Part shown: in pieces, positions 19,589-28,667 of the stretch | How positions within the stretch are numbered: the stretch's first letter is position 1 | How the letters are laid out: every line of letters starts with the position of its first letter | Assembly (NCBI GenBank): GCA_027296055.1 | Contig: JAPUJT010000023.1 | Location: forward strand, 1,858-65,857 | Reading direction: 5' to 3' | Length of the DNA: 64,000 bases | Source of the DNA: Planctomycetota bacterium | Lineage (GTDB): Bacteria > Planctomycetota > JAPUJT01 | Position numbers and translations under genes: made by a program | The notes under the pieces: generated by a model | What the model was told of the DNA's origin: nothing | Seen by the model: only the letters and a program-made list of their open reading frames with translations | Database searches by the model: none

Positions 19589-20790
19589 TTCGAGCTCTCC
19601 ACCCAGGAGATGACCTCCAGGTAGCCGTCCTGCGTGATCCGGACCTCCTGGGCCAGATCCGTGACCTCGATCCTCTCGAAGTAGATCTGGCCGTTGCCGC
19701 CCAGGTTCACGTCCTGCTCGCAGATCAGCCCTCCCCGGATCACTCCGTCGGCGTCGAAACTGATCGGATCGGTGGAGAAGATGTAGCCCTCGATGTTCAC
19801 GATCGACGACGGCGAGAAGCTGAGCGTCCCCCCGCCCGTCTTCAGGAAGGCGAGGTTGGGCGCCCCGGTCACGGGGTCCTGGGCCGGCGTGTGGGTGAGG
19901 GTTCCCTCGACGGAGATGTTGTGGTTTCCCACCTGCACGATGCATCCCTGATCGATGGTGACGCCCCCCTTTAACCTGACGGACCCCTCGACGTAGATCA
20001 CCCCGCGCAGGGTCTCCTCCTCGAATATCACGTCGCCGGCGAAATAGGCCCCGCCCGGGTACTGGGGATTCAAGAGGTTGTCGATCGCCTTCGTCTTGAG
20101 GGGGGTCACGCTGAAGCTCGGGAAGGTCATAGGATGGACGCCGTACTCTACGGGGCCGGGAATGATGTTGGGGAGGGCCGTCTGGGGCGTCGACGTCACC
20201 AGCTCGACGGCGCCGTAGATGAACGTGCTCCCCTGGCCATAGAGCGATGAGGCGGCCGTCGCGGGGTCCATATTGCCGGCGTAGAGCTTGTTGTCAGGGT
20301 TGAACGAGTCCCCGATCCTGGCCCCTCCGTTCATCGAGATCCGTCCCCAGGAGGCCACGGCGTAGTCGATCACGAAATTCCCCATGAGCTGGAGGATGGC
20401 CGTCACCTCGGCCTCCATCTCTCCCACGATGGGGTCCGCGTGAGTCCCCTGCGCGGAGATGCGCACGCGCGCTCCCAGCTCGTCGTAGACTTCGTCCCCG
20501 GCTACCGTGTAGGAATAAGTCCCGTCGGCGAAGTCGACGTCAGTGACCGTCCCACGGAAGGTGGAATCATCGAGGAAGACTCGCGCCGCCTTCTGGAGCC
20601 CTGCGCGAGCGACGTAGCGGGCCTTGATACGGCGATTCACCCTCTGCGCGTTTTCCATCTCGATGAGGGCGCGGTCCCCGTAGGCGGCGACGCCAAGCAG
20701 GATGAGGGGCACGGTGACCATGACAGCAGCGAGAGCTCCCCCTCGCGCATCGTGCCCCCACCCCCCTCTAGGTGAAAAGGCAAGCCGCAT
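19585..20790 (-). CDS. PilX/GspK-like N-terminal (minor pilin-like) protein, paralog 1 (most diverged)
   Basis: RG-GALAAVMVTVPLILLG prepilin-like N-terminus and ARYVARAGLQKA helix. Gly-rich beta-repeat C-terminus ending EVISWVE. Clearly homologous to the next two genes. Confidence 0.7.
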   Translation of the reverse strand: MRLAFSPRGGWGHDARGGALAAVMVTVPLILLGVAAYGDRALIEMENAQRVNRRIKARYVARAGLQKAARVFLDDSTFRGTVTDVDFADGTYSYTVAGDEVYDELGARVRISAQGTHADPIVGEMEAEVTAILQLMGNFVIDYAVASWGRISMNGGARIGDSFNPDNKLYAGNMDPATAASSLYGQGSTFIYGAVELVTSTPQTALPNIIPGPVEYGVHPMTFPSFSVTPLKTKAIDNLLNPQYPGGAYFAGDVIFEEETLRGVIYVEGSVRLKGGVTIDQGCIVQVGNHNISVEGTLTHTPAQDPVTGAPNLAFLKTGGGTLSFSPSSIVNIEGYIFSTDPISFDADGVIRGGLICEQDVNLGGNGQIYFERIEVTDLAQEVRITQDGYLEVISWVESSN

Positions 20791-20828
20791 GGCGGTATCG
20801 TTTAAAATGTGGAGGTCCGCTGAAGGTT

Positions 20829-20862
20829 CCATCACTATAAGTGATGGGGGGGGGATTGTCAA
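20829..20862 (-). promoter_or_regulatory. sigma70 promoter with a C9 tract in the spacer and an overlapping palindrome
   Basis: TTGACA (20862-20857), 17 bp, TATAGT (20839-20834). G9 at 20846-20854 on the plus strand. Inverted repeat CCATCACT-ata-AGTGATGG at 20829-20847. Confidence 0.75.
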
Positions 20863-20916
20863 TCGTGGATCCGCCCACCGGGCGTGGGATTTCGGGGGAC
20901 GCGGGCGATGGGGAAC

Positions 20917-22146
20917 TCAGCCGTCGAGATCGTTCGCGGAGACGACCGCGGGAAGGTCGTCCTCCCGCCAGGCGGATAGGCGCATACCTCCGGGTATCCG
21001 CACCTCATCGGCGATCTCGGATGAGTTGAGCTGATGGAAGTAGATCGTGCAGGTCCCTCCCAGCGCGATGTCGCCATGCGAGATGAGCCCGCCCCTCACC
21101 TCGCCGTTCGCATTGAACACCAGGTTGCCGGTCGCGAAGATGAATCCCTCGATGTCCGCGATCCGGTTCGCCCAAAATTTCAACAGGCCCCCTCCCGCCT
21201 TGATGATCGCCACGTTCCGGGCACCGGTGACGGGGTTCATGTCGGGGGTGAGTGTGACGTCCGCCTTCACCTCGAAGGAGCCGCTCCCGAGGTGGATGAT
21301 GCAGCCGGCATCCACGATCACCGTGCCGTTGAGAAGGAGGTCTCCTCCCTCGACGAAGACGACCCCCCGGAGGGTCTCGTCGCTGAAGGTCGTGTCGCCG
21401 ACGAAGTAGGCGCCGGTGGGATACTGCGGATTGCTCGTGTTGTTCTGGGCCTTCGTTCGCAGGGAATTGATGTCGTACGTGGGGTACGCTACGGGGTCTA
21501 CGCCGTACTCGACCGTCCCCGGGGTGACGATCGGGAGGGAAACTTGGGACTGGGCAGTTGCGAGCCGAGCGCTTCCGTGAATGGTGGCGCTCCCCGTCCC
21601 GTAGAGGGCATAGGCCGCCGTGCTCGGATCTCTGTTGCCGCAGTAGACGACGTTGTCATTGTCGGTGACGCTCCCGATGACCGCCCCGCCGACGATGCTG
21701 ACGGAACCCTTCGCCCCGGCGGGGAAATCGAGCACGGACTGCCCGCCGGTCTCCAGGATCGCGACAATCCGCTTGCGGACGTCCCCTCGGACGGGATCGT
21801 TGATCGTTCCCACTGCGACGACCCGGTATCCTGCGCCCAGCTCGTCGTAGGTCTCGCTGCCGGTGATCTTGTACGTGTAATCCCCCTTCCCGAGCGTGGT
21901 GTTGGTCCGGACCCCGCGGAAGGTGGGATCGTTGATGAGCTGCAGAGCGGCCTTCTGGATCGCGCCCTCGGCGATGTAGGTGGCGCGGACCTGCTTGTTC
22001 AGGAGGATGGCAGCTTGCATCTGCGTCATGCCCCTCTCGGAGTAGGCGGCGAGGCCGACCATGAAAACGGGAAGGAGCATGAGGACGCCCATGAGGACGG
22101 CGCCACAACGTTTTCTGAGGGAATGCCTGAGGGTCTGAATAATCAC
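20917..22146 (-). CDS. PilX/GspK-like N-terminal (minor pilin-like) protein, paralog 2
   Basis: RKRCG-AVLMGVLMLL N-terminus, ATYIAEGAIQKA, shared NPQYPxGAYFxG and ETLRGVV, C-terminal SAWRE. GTG start matches that of paralog 3. Confidence 0.72.
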   Translation of the reverse strand: MIIQTLRHSLRKRCGAVLMGVLMLLPVFMVGLAAYSERGMTQMQAAILLNKQVRATYIAEGAIQKAALQLINDPTFRGVRTNTTLGKGDYTYKITGSETYDELGAGYRVVAVGTINDPVRGDVRKRIVAILETGGQSVLDFPAGAKGSVSIVGGAVIGSVTDNDNVVYCGNRDPSTAAYALYGTGSATIHGSARLATAQSQVSLPIVTPGTVEYGVDPVAYPTYDINSLRTKAQNNTSNPQYPTGAYFVGDTTFSDETLRGVVFVEGGDLLLNGTVIVDAGCIIHLGSGSFEVKADVTLTPDMNPVTGARNVAIIKAGGGLLKFWANRIADIEGFIFATGNLVFNANGEVRGGLISHGDIALGGTCTIYFHQLNSSEIADEVRIPGGMRLSAWREDDLPAVVSANDLDG

Positions 22147-22201
22147 GGGCTGGATGCCTCTCCGGCTCAGCCCACCGCCCCTGGACACGAGGTCCAAGGA
22201 A

Positions 22202-22230
22202 ATTCTAGTTCACGCACGTGAATCAGTCAA
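22202..22230 (-). promoter_or_regulatory. sigma70 promoter with spacer palindrome TTCACG-N2-CGTGAA
   Basis: TTGACT-17-TAGAAT, palindrome at 22209-22222. Confidence 0.75.
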
Positions 22231-22262
22231 GTGGATTTCGGCAGGATCTGCCTCTCTGGGCA

Positions 22263-23491
22263 TCAGCCTTCGAGATCGTTCGCGGCGACGGCCGGGGGAA
22301 GGTCTTCCTCCCGCCAGCTGATCACTTCAAGCCCCGCCGGGATGCGCACCTCATCGGCGATATCGCTGCCGCTGATATGAGTGAAGTAGACCGTGCAGCT
22401 CCCTCCCATCTGGATGTTCCCGTGCGAGACGAGCCCGCCTCTCACCTCACCGTTCGCATTGAACTCCAAGTTGCTGGTCGAGAAGATGAACCCAGTGATG
22501 TTCGAGATCCGGTCCGCCCAGAATTTCAACAGGCCCCCTCCCGCCTTGATCATCGCCACGTTCCGGGCACCGGTGACGGGGTCCATGTCGGGGGTGAGTG
22601 TGAGGTTCGCCTTCACCTCGCAACTTTCGCTCGCCACGTGGACGATACAGCCGCCGTCCACTATCACGTCGCCGGTGAGAAGCAGGCTTCCTCCCTCGAC
22701 GAAGACGACCCCCCGGAGCGTCTCGTCCTGGAAGGTCGTGTTCCCGGTGAAGTAGGCCCCTGTGGGATACTGCGGGTTGCTCGTATTGTTCTGGGCCTTC
22801 GTCCGGAGGGAAGCGAGGTCGTACGTGGGGTACAAGATGCGCTCCACGCCGTATGTGATTGTCCCCGGAGTGATGGTCGGGGGCAAGACCTGGGGCTCGG
22901 ACGTTACGAGCAGGGCGCTCCCGTGAATGACGGAGGACCCCCCCCGGAGAGCGTATAGGCCGCCGTGCTCGGATCGGTGTTGCCGCAGTAGACCACGTTG
23001 TCATTGTCGATGCTGTCCCCGATGACCGAACCGCCCTGGAGCTTGACGGTACCCTGCGCCCCGGCGGGGAAGTCGAGCACGGACCCCGAGACGGGCCTCA
23101 GGATCGCGATGATCCGCTTCCGGACGTCCCCCCGGACGGGATCGTTGAACGTTCCCACGGCGACGACCCGCAAACTTGCGCCCAGCGCCGCGTAGGTCCC
23201 GTCTCCCGTGACCTTGTATGTGTAATCCCCCTTCCCGAGCGTGGTGTTGGTCCGGACCCCGCGAATGGAGGGGTCGATGGCGAGCTGCTGAATAGCCTTC
23301 TGGATCGCGCCCTCGGCGAGGTAGGTGGCGCGGACCTGGTTGTTCAGGAGGACGGCGGCCTGCATCTGCGTCATGCCCCTCTGGGTGTAGGCAGCGACGC
23401 CGACCATGGAAAAGGGAAGGAGCACGAGAACGCCCATGAGGACGGTGCCGCGACGTTTTTTGAGGGGATGTCTGAGGGTCTGAAAAGTCAC
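22263..23491 (-). pseudogene. PilX-like paralog 3, frameshifted at a G8 tract (22938-22945)
   Basis: ORFs 22904-23491 and 22263-22886 match the N- and C-terminal halves of paralog 2. Adding one G gives continuous YTLSGGGSSVIHGSALLVT, colinear with YALYGTGSATIHGSARLAT. Confidence 0.85.
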
Positions 23492-23546
23492 GGGCTGGAT
23501 GCCTCCCCGGCTCAGCCCACCGCCCCCGGACGCGAAGTCCAGGGAA

Positions 23547-23575
23547 ATTCTAGTTCACGAACGTGAATTAGTCAA
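23547..23575 (-). promoter_or_regulatory. sigma70 promoter with spacer palindrome TTCACG-N2-CGTGAA; the -35 box overlaps the nadC stop codon
   Basis: TTGACT-17-TAGAAT, near-identical to 22202-22230. Confidence 0.75.
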
Positions 23576-24453
23576 GTGGATACGGGCAGGACCTTCATCG
23601 TCATGTCCAGGGGACGTGCTGAATGCGTCATGGCCCCCACGGAGATCCGATCGGGACCCAGGGCCGCGATCGCCCCCACGGTCTCGAGGGCCACCCCTCC
23701 CGAGACCTCGATGAACGGGCGTCCGGAAGCTATCCCTCGGAGCTTCGGGATGGTCTCCGCGAGCTGGTCCAGAGAAAAGTTGTCGAGGAGGACCCCGTCG
23801 GCGCCCGCACGGGCGGCGCGAAGGGCCTCCTCCTCCGTCCGGGCCTCGACGACGACGACCACCACCTTCTCGCGGGCGCGCCGGATGGCCTCGCGCCACG
23901 AACCGTCATCCCCGTCGAGGAAGGCGAGGTGGTTCTCCTTCAGCATCGCCTGATCGTATAGTCCGAATCTATGGTTGCGTCCCCCACCGCACCGGACGGC
24001 GTCCTTCTCCAGAGATCTCCAGAGGGGAGTGGTCTTCCTCGTGTCGTAGATCTCGACGCCTCGGCCTGCGACTGCGTCGACGAACGCGCGGGTCAGCGTG
24101 GCGATCCCGGAGAGACGCTGCAGAAAGTTCAACGCCGTCCTCTCCCCTGCCAGGAGAGCGCGGGCGGCTCCCCGTAGCTCGAGGATTCGCCCACCCATTT
24201 CCACGGAATCGCCGTCTCGAACGTCGGTCTCGATCCTCGTGTCCGGGTCCAACGTCCGGAAGACGACCCGGGCAGCCTCCAGGCCACAGACTACTCCCCC
24301 TCCCCGCGAGATGATCTCCGCCGATGCGGAAACGGACGGGTCGACGATCGCATGACCCGTCACGTCTCCCGAGCCGATGTCCTCATCGAGGGCGGCCTTG
24401 ACCATGCGGGCGAGTTGGGCTGGATCGATCTTCATCGGTTCTGAATCGGGCAT
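23572..24453 (-). CDS. nadC: Nicotinate-nucleotide diphosphorylase (carboxylating)
   Basis: ALDEDIGSGDVT, GERTALNFLQRLSGIAT, DTRKTTP, NHRFGLYD, LLDN, EVSGG. Confidence 0.97.
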   Translation of the reverse strand: MPDSEPMKIDPAQLARMVKAALDEDIGSGDVTGHAIVDPSVSASAEIISRGGGVVCGLEAARVVFRTLDPDTRIETDVRDGDSVEMGGRILELRGAARALLAGERTALNFLQRLSGIATLTRAFVDAVAGRGVEIYDTRKTTPLWRSLEKDAVRCGGGRNHRFGLYDQAMLKENHLAFLDGDDGSWREAIRRAREKVVVVVVEARTEEEALRAARAGADGVLLDNFSLDQLAETIPKLRGIASGRPFIEVSGGVALETVGAIAALGPDRISVGAMTHSARPLDMTMKVLPVST

Positions 24454-24551
24454 GCGCCATTATGCTCCGGTGTGGCCCTCGTGCGCCACCTCGCGTAACA
24501 TGGTGCGATCCACCCGTGGGACCATCAATGGGACCAGCAGTGGGAGGGACC

Positions 24552-25982
24552 TTGACGACAGATCCGCTTCATGTAGAGCTATCGAGCCTGCTGAAGCCGG
24601 TAGGACAGGAGCACGTCCTGCGTTGGTGGGCGGAACTGTCCCCTGGCGAGAAGGAGGCTCTCGCGGTCCAGGTGCGAGGCATGGACCTGGCCCGGGTGAA
24701 TCGTCTGGCCCGGTCCTTACGCGTGGAGGCCGAACGGGCTCCTCGGGGTGGGCCATTGCAGCCCCCTCCCATCCGATCCCTGGCTGCAATGGACGCGGTG
24801 ACTCGCCGGGCGGCCCGCGAAGAAGGAGAGAGGGCGATCCGAGCGGGCCAGGTCGCCTGCTACATGGTGGCGGGAGGTCAGGCGACACGACTCGGAATAG
24901 ATGGACCCAAGGGTACCGTCGAGGTGGGGCCCGTCTCGAGGAAGAGCCTCTTCCGCCTTCACGCGGAAAAGATCCTCGCCGCATCGATTCGCTACTCGAC
25001 CGAGATCCCATGGCTGTTGCTCACGAGCGACGCCACCGACAGGGAGACACGGGAGTTCTTCGAGAGAGAGGGGAACTTCGGGCTGGGGCCGGCACAGGTG
25101 AGGTTCCTCCTACAGGGATCGCTGCCCGCCTTCACTCCGGACGGTCGGATCTTGATGAAGACCCGATCCGAGATCTTCATGGGTCCGGATGGGCACGGCG
25201 GCGCGATCCACGCCCTCTCCGGATCCGGTCTGCTTGACGACCTGCTGAAAGAGGGCACGGATGTCCTCTCCTACTTCCAGGTGGACAACCCACTCGCGCC
25301 ACCGATCGATCCGGTGTTCATCGGACTTCATCGCCTCGAAGGGGCGGAGGTCTCGAGCAAGGTGGCCGAGAAGACGGACCCGGAAGAGAAGGTCGGCGTC
25401 TTCGCACTCCGGGACGGTTCGCTGACGGTCGTCGAGTACACGGAGATCTCGGATGAGGATCGCCTTGCCCGCGTCGAGGGAGGCCGTCTCAAATTCCGCG
25501 GGGGAAACCTCGCCATTCACGTCATGTCGTTATCGTTCCTCGACCGTCTCCGGGAGGAGGGCCTGTCTCTCCCCCACCATCCGGCGCGCAAGATCGTGCC
25601 CGCGCTCGACGAGGCGGGCCGTCCGACGACGCCCTCCGAGCCGAACGGGGTGAAGTTCGAGTCATTCATCTTCGATGCGATCCCTCTCGCCCGCACCAGC
25701 TTCGTGGCGGAGGTGGTGCGGGAGGACGAATTTCAGCCGATCAAGAACGCCGCCGGAAAGTTCACGCTGGAAGATGCGAGGCAAGCCCTGTCCCGGCTCC
25801 ACGCCCGGTGGCTGGCCGGAGTAGTGGAGGTCCCCAGTGACGCTTCCGGCAGCCCCAGCCAGCCTGTCGAGATCAGCCCCATGTACGCCCTGGACGAGGA
25901 AGAGCTCCGATCCAGGGTTCCGCCCGATCTCCAGATCGAAGGCCCGCTTTACCTGTCCCCCGAGCCTGTCCCCGGTGAATGA
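24552..25982 (+). CDS. UDP-N-acetylhexosamine pyrophosphorylase (UAP1 / UDPGP family)
   Basis: AGGQATRLGIDGPKG, PDGHGG, QVDNPL, EKVG, VEYTE, KFESFIFD, PIKNA. TTG start after GGAGGG. Confidence 0.92.
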   Translation: MTTDPLHVELSSLLKPVGQEHVLRWWAELSPGEKEALAVQVRGMDLARVNRLARSLRVEAERAPRGGPLQPPPIRSLAAMDAVTRRAAREEGERAIRAGQVACYMVAGGQATRLGIDGPKGTVEVGPVSRKSLFRLHAEKILAASIRYSTEIPWLLLTSDATDRETREFFEREGNFGLGPAQVRFLLQGSLPAFTPDGRILMKTRSEIFMGPDGHGGAIHALSGSGLLDDLLKEGTDVLSYFQVDNPLAPPIDPVFIGLHRLEGAEVSSKVAEKTDPEEKVGVFALRDGSLTVVEYTEISDEDRLARVEGGRLKFRGGNLAIHVMSLSFLDRLREEGLSLPHHPARKIVPALDEAGRPTTPSEPNGVKFESFIFDAIPLARTSFVAEVVREDEFQPIKNAAGKFTLEDARQALSRLHARWLAGVVEVPSDASGSPSQPVEISPMYALDEEELRSRVPPDLQIEGPLYLSPEPVPGE

Positions 25983-26050
25983 CGAGCGGTCACGCGCCCC
26001 CGCGTGAACCGGCCGCGGAGCGGGTCCAGGATCAGGCCCCATATCGATCC

Positions 26051-26079
26051 TTGACATCTACGGCCCCATCGGGTCTACT
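26051..26079 (+). promoter_or_regulatory. sigma70-like promoter
   Basis: TTGACA-17-TCTACT, about 145 nt upstream of the lipoprotein start. Confidence 0.5.
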
Positions 26080-26224
26080 AGTGAGGAAGATTTACAAGCC
26101 CTTCAATACTCCACTGGGACCTCTGTTAGAGAATCTTGCGGTTGCGTCGAGCTGGGAGCTTTCCGGTTCGGGCATTCCGCGGTATATGGCGATGACCCCG
26201 AAAGAGGAGGAAAGGAGGAGGTCA

Positions 26225-27802
26225 ATGCGACATACCCTGGGGATCTTGCTCATGGGAGCAGTTGCGTTCGGGCTGTCCGCCATCACGGCGTGCAGCGGTG
26301 GTGGTGGTGGTGGAAGCGGCGACGGCAGCGGCGCTGGAGGCATCGGCAATCCGGAGGAAACAGGGATACGTATCCTTCTCACGGATGCGCCTGGAGCCCT
26401 CAAGAGCGTCAAGGTGAACATAGTGGAGATCGCCGTGCATCAGCCGGGCGGGCCCTTCACGACAGTTCCCCTGACGGCGACCAACGAGGACACCGACTTC
26501 GACGGCATCGACGATGTCGTCGTCGAGGGTGACGGCTCCGTCACGGTCGATCTCGTGGCCCTGCAAGGGACGACGGCGATGATGGCGGCGAGCACTCTGG
26601 CCCCCGGAAAGTACACGATGATTCGCTTCATCGTCTCGAAGGATGCCGAGGGCGAGTTCCAGAACGGGGACAAGATCACCCTGAAGATCCCGGGCGGCAA
26701 GCAGACCGGCATCAAGATCGGTGTGCCCTTCGAGGTAGAAGCGGGCTTCATGACGGATGTCCTGCTCGACTGGGACGTGGATTCTTCCGTCGTCTTCCGC
26801 GGGAAGAACGACAGGGGGATCTTGAAGCCAGTGATCACCTCGCCTCAGAACACCCCTGCCAGCTTGAGGTGGCAGATGCTCAGTCCGGCGGCGCCGCCGA
26901 GCGGTCGCGACCGCCACGACATGGTCTTTGACAGCGTGTGCGACGTGATCGTCCTTTACGGCGGCAACGATGGCACGACGGATCTCAAGGACACCTGGGA
27001 GTACGACCCGAACACGGACGTCTGGAACCTCACCGATGCGAACAGCCCTCCGGGACCGCGGCGTCTACATCGGATGTCCTACGACTCGGCGCGCGACAAG
27101 ACCGTCATGTTCTCGGGGTCCTCGGGTGGTCTCAAGAACGACACCTGGGAGTATGACGCAGGGACCTGGACGAATGTCATCGCCAATGCGGTCGCGGGCA
27201 GCCCGCCCGCCCGGTTCGCGTTCGACATGGACTACGACGCCAAGCGTGGCCTCGTGGTTCTCTTCGGGAGGAACGGTTTCGCGGACAATGACATCTGGGA
27301 GTTCGACGGAGCGGCCGCGACCTGGACCAAGCCGGTCCTGGCAGGCCCGAAGCCTTCCGCCCGCGCGGGCGTGGCGATCGTCTATCACTCGATCGACGAG
27401 CGGATCGTTCTGTTCGGCGGTCGGGATGCAGCCGCCGTCCGTGATGACCTGTGGGTCTACGACGGAAGCTGGACGCTGATACTGGCGGACGGAGCGGCGG
27501 GGAACCCCCCTGCCCGTCGGCAGCACGATCTGGCGTACGACGCTTCGAGGAACCAGCTCGTCCTGTTCGGCGGTAGGGGCATGACCGCTGCCACCGTCTA
27601 TGGCGACACCGTCGAGTACGACGGGACTTCCTGGGTAGAGACGTTCAGTATGACGTCACCCGGTGTTCCGAGCGAGCGGTGGAACCAGGCGATGGTCGTC
27701 TACGACGATCACCGCAACCGTCTGATGCTCTTTGGAGGACGGATGGGGACATCACGCTTGAACGACCTCTGGCTTTACGGGTGGATGCCTCTGGACCTGT
27801 AA
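26225..27802 (+). CDS. Lipoprotein with DUF4382-like domain and Kelch-type beta-propeller
   Basis: AGGAGG RBS, lipobox ITAC, Gly linker, ILLTDAP...YTMIRF...LDWDVDSSV, then six PxxRxxHxMxYD...LFGG...DTWEYD blades. Confidence 0.85.
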   Translation: MRHTLGILLMGAVAFGLSAITACSGGGGGGSGDGSGAGGIGNPEETGIRILLTDAPGALKSVKVNIVEIAVHQPGGPFTTVPLTATNEDTDFDGIDDVVVEGDGSVTVDLVALQGTTAMMAASTLAPGKYTMIRFIVSKDAEGEFQNGDKITLKIPGGKQTGIKIGVPFEVEAGFMTDVLLDWDVDSSVVFRGKNDRGILKPVITSPQNTPASLRWQMLSPAAPPSGRDRHDMVFDSVCDVIVLYGGNDGTTDLKDTWEYDPNTDVWNLTDANSPPGPRRLHRMSYDSARDKTVMFSGSSGGLKNDTWEYDAGTWTNVIANAVAGSPPARFAFDMDYDAKRGLVVLFGRNGFADNDIWEFDGAAATWTKPVLAGPKPSARAGVAIVYHSIDERIVLFGGRDAAAVRDDLWVYDGSWTLILADGAAGNPPARRQHDLAYDASRNQLVLFGGRGMTAATVYGDTVEYDGTSWVETFSMTSPGVPSERWNQAMVVYDDHRNRLMLFGGRMGTSRLNDLWLYGWMPLDL

Positions 27803-27831
27803 ACGTCACTGGATAGTTTGAAATTGGACTC

Positions 27832-27866
27832 GTGGGCTCGCCCGAGAAGGCGGGCCCACTTTGTTT
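27832..27866 (+). terminator. Intrinsic terminator-like hairpin
   Basis: GTGGGCTCGCC-cgagaa-GGCGGGCCCAC followed by TTTGTTT, 30 nt after the stop codon. Confidence 0.65.
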
Positions 27867-28667
27867 GGGGGCTGGACCGCGAAAGCAACGGATACGATCC
27901 TCGTGGCGTCGCACCGTCGCTCGGGGACCCACTGGGTCATCGACACGATCCGACGCAATTTCCCCCGCGTGCGGCCTCGCTTCGTGACGATCGAGGATCT
28001 GGCCGATTCGGGTGGACTGGCTGCCCTGGAGCGGCTTCGCCAAGATCTCCGCACGGCCCGGGGTGTCACCCTCCTCAAGACCCACCTGCCCGCCGGGCTG
28101 GAACCGTTTGCCGATCGACCCGAGATCCGCGAATCGATACGCGCCCTGGTCGAGGGATCGCGACGGATCTACGTTCACAGGGACGGCCGTGACGTCCTCG
28201 TCTCCCTCTACCACTACCTGCAGGAGTTCTCGGTGGAGGCCCAGGGAATTGACTTCTCCACGTTCCTGAGAGAGGAGAACGACTACCTCCCCTGCGGCGC
28301 GAATGGAGCGAACCGGGTCGAGTACTGGAGGGCCCACGTCGAGGGCTGGCTGGCTCGGCCGGGGATTCACAGAATAGCCTACGAGTCGATGCACTCGGAC
28401 CACGAGGCCGTCGTGAATCGGATCGTGGAAGGTCTGGACATCGGCCCCGCCGCAGCTCGACTGAAGAGGGTCACCCTTCCGAGCCGGAGCCTCTGGGCGC
28501 GCGCCCGGAGGCGGCTGGGGAGGAGACTGTTTCCTCGACAGACGTCATCGGCGGTGCGCCCTCGGACCGGACACGTAGGGGACTGGAAGACACATTTCTC
28601 GGAAGTGGACCGGGCCCTGTTTGATTCCCAGGCCGGCGATCTCCTCACCCGCCTCGCTTCAACTTGA
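27861..28667 (+). CDS. PAPS-dependent sulfotransferase
   Basis: SHRRSGTHW (5'-PSB), RDGRDVLVSLY (3'-PB), RTGHVGDWK. Start uncertain. Confidence 0.9.
   Translation: MFGGWTAKATDTILVASHRRSGTHWVIDTIRRNFPRVRPRFVTIEDLADSGGLAALERLRQDLRTARGVTLLKTHLPAGLEPFADRPEIRESIRALVEGSRRIYVHRDGRDVLVSLYHYLQEFSVEAQGIDFSTFLREENDYLPCGANGANRVEYWRAHVEGWLARPGIHRIAYESMHSDHEAVVNRIVEGLDIGPAAARLKRVTLPSRSLWARARRRLGRRLFPRQTSSAVRPRTGHVGDWKTHFSEVDRALFDSQAGDLLTRLAST

Noticed and set aside
20917-23491. Diversity-generating retroelement (template/variable repeat pair), also considered for the FGE-like gene at 54072
   Set aside because: Differences between the copies are not adenine-specific, they span whole genes, and no reverse transcriptase is in the window.
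24552-25982. Eukaryote-like UAP1 enzyme as a recent horizontal transfer
   Set aside because: The family is known in several bacterial phyla including PVC, and its composition matches the neighbouring genes.
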